From positions 1,888,001 to 1,952,000 of the forward strand of contig CAXXIA010000002.1 of the NCBI GenBank assembly GCA_963666985.2: 64,000 nucleotides of DNA, given 5' to 3'. The stretch comes from Spirochaetia bacterium (lineage in GTDB: Bacteria; Spirochaetota; Spirochaetia; DSM-2461). The position numbers and the translations under genes are program-made. How positions within the stretch are numbered: the stretch's first letter is position 1; each line of letters starts with the position of its first letter. This document shows, one piece after another, positions 58,194 through 64,000 of the stretch. The notes beneath the pieces were generated by a model. The model ran no database searches. It worked only from the letters and a program-made list of their open reading frames with translations, and was not told the origin of the DNA.

Positions 58194-59660
58194 ATGAATG
58201 TTCCAGTCAGCCGACACGCAATTCGCATGGTTCCGGATTCCACCAGGGTTATTGCCCGTTTTTTCATGCCGGGACAGATTGATCGGGTTGCTTCCATCAT
58301 AGAGAAAGTCGCGGGATTCACCGAAAGCGAAGCGACACGCAGCCTGGAAGACGTCCTCCGCCGCTTCGCGCCGCGGCACAGGAACATCAGCAGTCTCTTT
58401 GAATCTCACTTCGAGAAAGTCAGGGATATGCTGAATGGGCACAATTCGGATACCGAGGGCCTTTCATCCGATAAGAAAATGTTGATAGGTTCGTATTTCA
58501 CGATGGAATATTCGATTGAATCGGCCGCATTCTTCAATCCGTCTATCGTTATCGATCCCTTCCAACCCGATCTTCCTGCGGGCCACACGCGGGTCATCCT
58601 GAGTTTTCGTGCCACCGGCGAGGGGCATCTCTCCTCGATCGCGTTTCGCGGAGGTGTCCTCACCGATACGAATGAAATTACTATCGATCCCCCCGGACGA
58701 TTGGTGGATGTTCCCGAGACCGTGACTCGCCACACATATATTAAATCGGCTTTTCTGGAGAAATTATCGGAGATGAAGATACGTCAGGATATCTCCATCG
58801 AAATCCTGACGCCCTTGGATGAAAACTATCAATACGAGGATTTGCGCGACACCATCGCCGCTCTGGGGACTCGTTCCGCTCTATCGCATTCCCGTAGGAC
58901 GGTGGTGAATGCGATAGAATGGCTGGCAAACTCACATTATGACGTGACCTTCTCCAGGGATACCGGGTTGAGTGAACGGATCATCTTTCCTGTTTCGGCG
59001 ACAGAGAGCAACGGTCTTGAGGATGCCAGATTCGTCCGGTTCACCGAGGGTGATTCGGTCTGCTATTACGCCACATATACGGCCTATAACGGGCATACGA
59101 TCCTGCCGAAGCTTCTTGTCACCGAAGACTTCTATCAATTCAAGGCCGTCCCCCTTCATGGCGAGATGGTGCAGAATAAAGGCATGTCCCTCTTCCCCCG
59201 GAAGCTGAATAACCGGTATGCGATGATCGGACGATGCGACGGCGTCAATCTCTATATCCTTTACTCCGATGACATCCATTACTGGTCCGAGGCCCTTCCC
59301 TTGGCATCCCCGCTCTATCCATGGGAAATCGTGCAGATCGGAAACTCAGGATCCCCGATCGAAACCGACGAGGGGTGGCTTCTCGTGAACCATGGCGTGG
59401 GTCCCATGAGGACGTACTGCCTGAGCGCTCTGCTTCTGGATCTCGATGATCCGACACGGATCATCGGACGACTATCCGAACCGTTATTGATTCCGGATGC
59501 CGAGGAGCGGGAGGGGTATGTCCCCAATGTCGTTTACTCCTGCGGATCGATCATTCACGCCGGAGAATTGGTGATTCCGTACGCTATGGCCGATTCGGCC
59601 AGTTCCCTCGTTACGATACCGCTGGAAACCTTATTGGCCGAGCTCAAGAAATCCGGTTGA
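58194..59660 (+). CDS. Glycoside hydrolase family 130 protein
   Basis: EYSIESAAFFNPS, RATGEGH, EDARFV, NKGMSLFPRK, REGYVPNVVYSCG. Confidence 0.9.
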   Translation: MNVPVSRHAIRMVPDSTRVIARFFMPGQIDRVASIIEKVAGFTESEATRSLEDVLRRFAPRHRNISSLFESHFEKVRDMLNGHNSDTEGLSSDKKMLIGSYFTMEYSIESAAFFNPSIVIDPFQPDLPAGHTRVILSFRATGEGHLSSIAFRGGVLTDTNEITIDPPGRLVDVPETVTRHTYIKSAFLEKLSEMKIRQDISIEILTPLDENYQYEDLRDTIAALGTRSALSHSRRTVVNAIEWLANSHYDVTFSRDTGLSERIIFPVSATESNGLEDARFVRFTEGDSVCYYATYTAYNGHTILPKLLVTEDFYQFKAVPLHGEMVQNKGMSLFPRKLNNRYAMIGRCDGVNLYILYSDDIHYWSEALPLASPLYPWEIVQIGNSGSPIETDEGWLLVNHGVGPMRTYCLSALLLDLDDPTRIIGRLSEPLLIPDAEEREGYVPNVVYSCGSIIHAGELVIPYAMADSASSLVTIPLETLLAELKKSG

Positions 59661-59680
59661 CGGGCCGTCATTGATTCCCC

Positions 59681-61159
59681 TCATCGCATCATGGAACTCA
59701 GGACATCGTCCAATTCCGCAACAGCGAAACGCGTTGACGAATCGCTCATGGCGTAGGGGATGAAGAGGTGCCGTTCATGCAAGAGAGCTCCGCAAGTGTA
59801 TAGGACGTTAGGAACATATCCTTCCCGTTCGGATTCATTCGGTTCCATCAGCGGTTCGCTTAAGCGACCCAGGACATGCGACGGCTCCTTGATGTCCAGG
59901 AGAAAGGCCCCGATGCCGTATTTTCTCATCGGGCCGACGCCGTGGCTTAATACCAACCACCCCTCTTCCGTCTCTAGGGGAGAACTGCAGGTGCCTATCT
60001 TCAGCATTTCCCATGAATTCAGCGGTGCCATGACAACCTGGGGATTCTCCCAGAATTGAATGTCACAGGAACTCATCATCAGAATATTCTGATTATCCTG
60101 CCGTGAAAGCATGACGAAACGTCCGTCAATCTTCCGAGGGAATAGCGACATTCCTTTGTTCCTGACACCGGAACCGACTAGGAAAATAAACCGAAAACGG
60201 CAAAAGTCCGTGGTCGAGAGCAGCCCGGGACGAATGTGCTTCCCATCGAACGCCGTGTATGTCGCATAGAATGTCCTTTCCCCGTTTTCATCGTGAAATT
60301 CCACAAAACGGGCGTCCTCGATGCCGTTTCGCTGATCTGCCGTAAAAGGGAACAGCACGCGCTGCGATAAGCTCGTCAGGGGATCGAACACCACCTCACA
60401 GTCGGATTCGGCCAAGCGCCTTATCTTCTTCGCGAGGCTTTTATCGGCACCAGATCCGGTTAAGGTTCCCAGCTGTTTGTCTTCAACTTGTTCCTGAAGA
60501 TTCTGCAGCAGGAAAACATCAGGCAGCTGCGCCATCAGATTCCGGGACCAATCGTTCAGCAAACCCATTGCGTTGAGCTTATGGGTAAAAACGGTCTTTT
60601 CAATGGGGTCGGGATACGAACGTACCGGCTCTATCAGAGGTTTTTCAGGAGGCGTGATACTGACCTGATTTCCGGCTTCGATGGTGCCGGTGCGGAACGT
60701 AATGGACGAAATATGGCCCTCGCCGGTAGCTCTCAGGCTTAATACGAATCGGAGCGCTCCGGGGTTCAGGTTGCTTTGGTCGGGATGCTTCACGATAGAC
60801 GGATTAAACAGGGCCGCAGCCTCGATGGAGTATTCATGGCAGAAATACGAGCCGATGAGCGCCTTGCGAGCAGTCGTCAACTCTTCCTTGATGCCGGGAG
60901 CCTTGTTCACGCGGGCAAATCGAGCCTGAAAAAATGCTTCCAGGTCCGCATGACGATGACCGAACTCCCCGTTCAGAGTGGATAATTCCCGTTCTACTTC
61001 TTCAGGAGTGAGTGCCATAACATGTTCGGCAACTTTCTTGAGTATCCCTTTTCTGTTTCCGGACCTGAAAGGCCTCAACAGTACCCGGGATGGATCCGGC
61101 GCGAGGGTCGGGCCGATCCGGGAGAGACGGATCCCCCCTCTCGGATTTGCGTCATTCAT
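59681..61159 (-). CDS. Glycoside hydrolase family 130 protein (paralog)
   Basis: Same motif set as 58194..59660. Confidence 0.9.
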   Translation of the reverse strand: MNDANPRGGIRLSRIGPTLAPDPSRVLLRPFRSGNRKGILKKVAEHVMALTPEEVERELSTLNGEFGHRHADLEAFFQARFARVNKAPGIKEELTTARKALIGSYFCHEYSIEAAALFNPSIVKHPDQSNLNPGALRFVLSLRATGEGHISSITFRTGTIEAGNQVSITPPEKPLIEPVRSYPDPIEKTVFTHKLNAMGLLNDWSRNLMAQLPDVFLLQNLQEQVEDKQLGTLTGSGADKSLAKKIRRLAESDCEVVFDPLTSLSQRVLFPFTADQRNGIEDARFVEFHDENGERTFYATYTAFDGKHIRPGLLSTTDFCRFRFIFLVGSGVRNKGMSLFPRKIDGRFVMLSRQDNQNILMMSSCDIQFWENPQVVMAPLNSWEMLKIGTCSSPLETEEGWLVLSHGVGPMRKYGIGAFLLDIKEPSHVLGRLSEPLMEPNESEREGYVPNVLYTCGALLHERHLFIPYAMSDSSTRFAVAELDDVLSSMMR

Positions 61160-63434
61160 CTTTCGCTTTCCTGACGCGCTGAACGGCACTTTGATGCTTC
61201 TGCATCTCGATCAGGGCCAAAAGGAAAGCCAGGGTGGACTCGGCACCCTGATTCTGACTCACCCTGTCGACATGAAGGCCGTCCCGGCAGCCGCCGGTTC
61301 CGGGATCATACAGGCTCAGCCCCAGATCGTTTCTGCCGAGAAACCATTCGAACGCCCGTTCGGCTTCGATTATCCATCGCTCCTGTCCAGTGGCGGCATA
61401 CGCTTCATAGCAGGCCGAAACCGTGGCTTGTGCTTCGATCGGCTGTTGATCGAACGTCGAGCGTTCTTTTCCTCTCGTATAGAAACCGTTCGTGCCGATA
61501 GGCTGGAAATTCCCCTTCGGGGAAGTCTGGACAGCAATGAGCCAATCAAGGGACGTCAATCCGATTTCCAGAACCTCCTCGTCGTCGATATCAAGGGCCG
61601 TGACGATTAATGCATGAGGCAATTTCGCATTCGCATAAGTGACGATATTCTCGAACCACAACCAGTCTCCGGCGGCCGACGACTTATAGCAGTCCACCAA
61701 TTTCTCCGCCAGCGATGTCCGTATCTGGTTGGCTCGTCGATCGCCGCTGAGCCGTGTCAGATAATGGTGGATTCCTATGAGTGAGAAGGCCCATGCCCGC
61801 GGAGACGTGAATCCGGAAACAACGGGCAGGGCCTCCTCGAAGAGCTCGGCGGCCAGGATCTGAAATCCGTTGTGGCCGGCACTTCCCATGCAGACCCCCA
61901 ACGCCCAGAGGGCCTGGCCGTGGCAGTCTTCCGACCCGATTTCCTCTATCCAGTTGCGGTCGAAGGTCATGAAATTGCGGAAACGGTGAGTCTTCCGATC
62001 CAGAGCAAAATTGAGAAACGCGAGATATGTCGCCGCGAGTTCGTTGACCGCCGACGATTTGTTTCCTGCATGCTGGAGATGCTGCGTCAGGAGGAAGCCC
62101 CGGGCATTGTCATCCGTGCAATAACCCTCTTCGAAACGCGGTACGGTAAAGCTGGCGTGCTGGAATAATCCTGTGGAATCACTCAGTCGACTGAGGTGGT
62201 CGAGTTTCAGCGTCGGAAGCAGTCTCGGATGTTTCTCGAGGGTCCTGATCTGTGAGGACTTCCTTCCGGTCAAGCTCTGGCTGATTCCGGCCCTGCGGAA
62301 GGATTCCAGGTAGAGCTGCGCGATGCGGCTCCACACCATGCCCCGACCGATCTGAAAGGCTTTTCGCCGCATCGCATGCCTCACCGGATCGTCGGAGAGC
62401 AGTTCGGTGACGGCAGCGGCAATAGCGTGTTCATCGCGGAACGGGACCAGCCGCCCTCTGCCGTTGGTGAGAAGTTCCGAAGCATGCCAATACGGGGTGG
62501 AGACAACGGCATTGCCGGAACCGAATGCATAGGCGAGGGTTCCCGAGGTGATCTGATTCTCCGTCAGATACGGAGTGATATAGATATCTGTCGTTCCGAT
62601 GAATCGCATCAATTCGTCGATCCCGACGAAGCGATTGAAGAAAATCACGTTCTTCTGGATATTCAGGTCGACAGCCAGTCGTTCCAGCCCCAGGCGGTAG
62701 AGTTCACCTTCCTGCCTCAGGAGATTTGGGTGGGTCTGTCCGACGACGATAAAGACGGTATCGGGGAATTCCTCGATTATGGACGGCATCGCTCTCAGGA
62801 CATATTCGATGCCCTTGTTAGGAGAAAGCAGACCGAAAGTCAGGAGTACGTGCTTGCCCGCGACACCGAACTCTTCCTTGAAGTAATTCGAATCCGAGAA
62901 GGGCTTGTCAGGGATTCCGTGAGGGATGATGTCGATCTTGGTCTCCGGTGCCTTGTAGACTTCGATAAGCAGACGGCGTCCTTTCTCTGTCATGACGATC
63001 AGCCGTGAAGTCAACTCTATCAGTTCCAACATAACCTGCCGCTGTTCCGGATTCGGTTCTTTCAGGATTGTGTGGAGCGTCGTGACGATGGGCATGGTGA
63101 GATCTCGCAGAAGCGGCAGAAGGTGACTCCCGGACGGCCCTCCAAAGATACCAAATTCATGTTCTACGCACAAAACGTCCACGCCGGTGATGTTGAGAAA
63201 ATCCGCCGCTCTATGATAGGACTGCAGATCCTGCTCTTCGATCTCGAAGCGAACCTCCGGCGGATAGTCGTATCTTCCGTCGATATCGTTCACAGGAATG
63301 ACGAGGCATTGGGATTCCGGAGATTCCAGAGCCACCGCTGTCCGTAAATCCGTCGTAAATGTCGCTATGCCGCACTTCCTCGGCAGGTAGTCGCCGAGGA
63401 ACGCGATCTTCGGTATGCCTGATGGATCTTTCAT
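61152..63434 (-). CDS. GT4 glycosyltransferase with C-terminal helical glycosidase-like domain
   Basis: PRKCGIATFT, HEFGIFGG, TFGLLSPNKGIE, SGTLAYA; GYCTDDNAR...FDQQP.EA...NQGAES. Confidence 0.9.
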   Translation of the reverse strand: MKDPSGIPKIAFLGDYLPRKCGIATFTTDLRTAVALESPESQCLVIPVNDIDGRYDYPPEVRFEIEEQDLQSYHRAADFLNITGVDVLCVEHEFGIFGGPSGSHLLPLLRDLTMPIVTTLHTILKEPNPEQRQVMLELIELTSRLIVMTEKGRRLLIEVYKAPETKIDIIPHGIPDKPFSDSNYFKEEFGVAGKHVLLTFGLLSPNKGIEYVLRAMPSIIEEFPDTVFIVVGQTHPNLLRQEGELYRLGLERLAVDLNIQKNVIFFNRFVGIDELMRFIGTTDIYITPYLTENQITSGTLAYAFGSGNAVVSTPYWHASELLTNGRGRLVPFRDEHAIAAAVTELLSDDPVRHAMRRKAFQIGRGMVWSRIAQLYLESFRRAGISQSLTGRKSSQIRTLEKHPRLLPTLKLDHLSRLSDSTGLFQHASFTVPRFEEGYCTDDNARGFLLTQHLQHAGNKSSAVNELAATYLAFLNFALDRKTHRFRNFMTFDRNWIEEIGSEDCHGQALWALGVCMGSAGHNGFQILAAELFEEALPVVSGFTSPRAWAFSLIGIHHYLTRLSGDRRANQIRTSLAEKLVDCYKSSAAGDWLWFENIVTYANAKLPHALIVTALDIDDEEVLEIGLTSLDWLIAVQTSPKGNFQPIGTNGFYTRGKERSTFDQQPIEAQATVSACYEAYAATGQERWIIEAERAFEWFLGRNDLGLSLYDPGTGGCRDGLHVDRVSQNQGAESTLAFLLALIEMQKHQSAVQRVRKAKDE

Positions 63435-64000
63435 TTTTTAACCTGCAGTCCTTGGGTCGGATTGGTGTCGATGTCATTAGTGATCGTTGTGTTGGTGCTG
63501 CGCGAGACGTGAGAATTCGCTATTGTCGAGTCTTGAATGGAAGGAGTCCGCGAGCCATGCAATTTATACGAGAACAGAAGTTGCCGAAATCAATCTGAAC
63601 ACAGTCCGGTAAATGACCTTGAGGATCCAGATTTACTCCTTTCCATTATTGTTGATCACAGGTCTTTTGTCAAAAGAACCGTCAGTTGAATGTAGCCAAC
63701 CAGATAATCTCATTCTTTGTTCTTTCTATGGCCATTGTCCCTGCAACAAGGTCTTGTCCAGTATTAACACAGAGGGTATTCTCGTTTCAGTATCTTGCTT
63801 TGAAGTTCCCTTACTTGGACCATTGACCGAAGTGTGATTCGACCTCTTCCGCTATTTCCAGCCAGATCGGATTCTCACGTACCTTTTGCATTTTGTTCCT
63901 AATATGCTGAAGGAAAATACTGGGTATCAGAAGAGGCCAATCACTCGCGAAATTCCATTCAGACGCGATGCATGCAGGTGCTGGTTCTTCGTGTACAATT

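Noticed and set aside
63613..64000. ORF 63613..63837 and the window-end sequence
   Set aside because: No RBS or recognisable motif; it cannot be supported from the available sequence

Overview
Bases ~1-47843 form a large gene-cassette array, probably from a spirochaete (inferred from the integrase family and lipoproteins). I count 31 same-orientation attC-like repeats running AAC-A-GCTGTTGATGCG...CGCATACCAGC-N5-GTT. The main family is 191-265 bp, two variants are 130 and 148 bp, one copy is split by IS21 and the last is truncated. The repeats are far longer than classic attC and fold into multi-branched, covarying structures. Nearly every cassette is bounded by its own 14-22 bp inverted repeat (GTT...AAC), usually with the same A.C mismatch at position 11. 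Cargo includes five toxin-antitoxin pairs, a TIR+caspase (type IV Thoeris-like) pair, PIN-, PLD-, EEP- and DUF2971-like proteins, an RHS-LysM toxin tip, enzymes and a transporter. There are also repeated ORF-less cassettes, and a type IIG R-M gene carried in a second, canonical-looking cassette nested in reverse. Six IS copies (IS3 x3, IS21, IS30, IS481) and one IS481 remnant interrupt the array. No IntI is visible in the window. The last repeat is cut immediately upstream of a non-IntI tyrosine recombinase, followed by excisionase and terminase remnants. A Crp/Fnr, PTS enzyme I, radical SAM, GH130 x2 and GT4 gene block fills the rest of the window. All product calls come from motif recognition only; no database searches were run.
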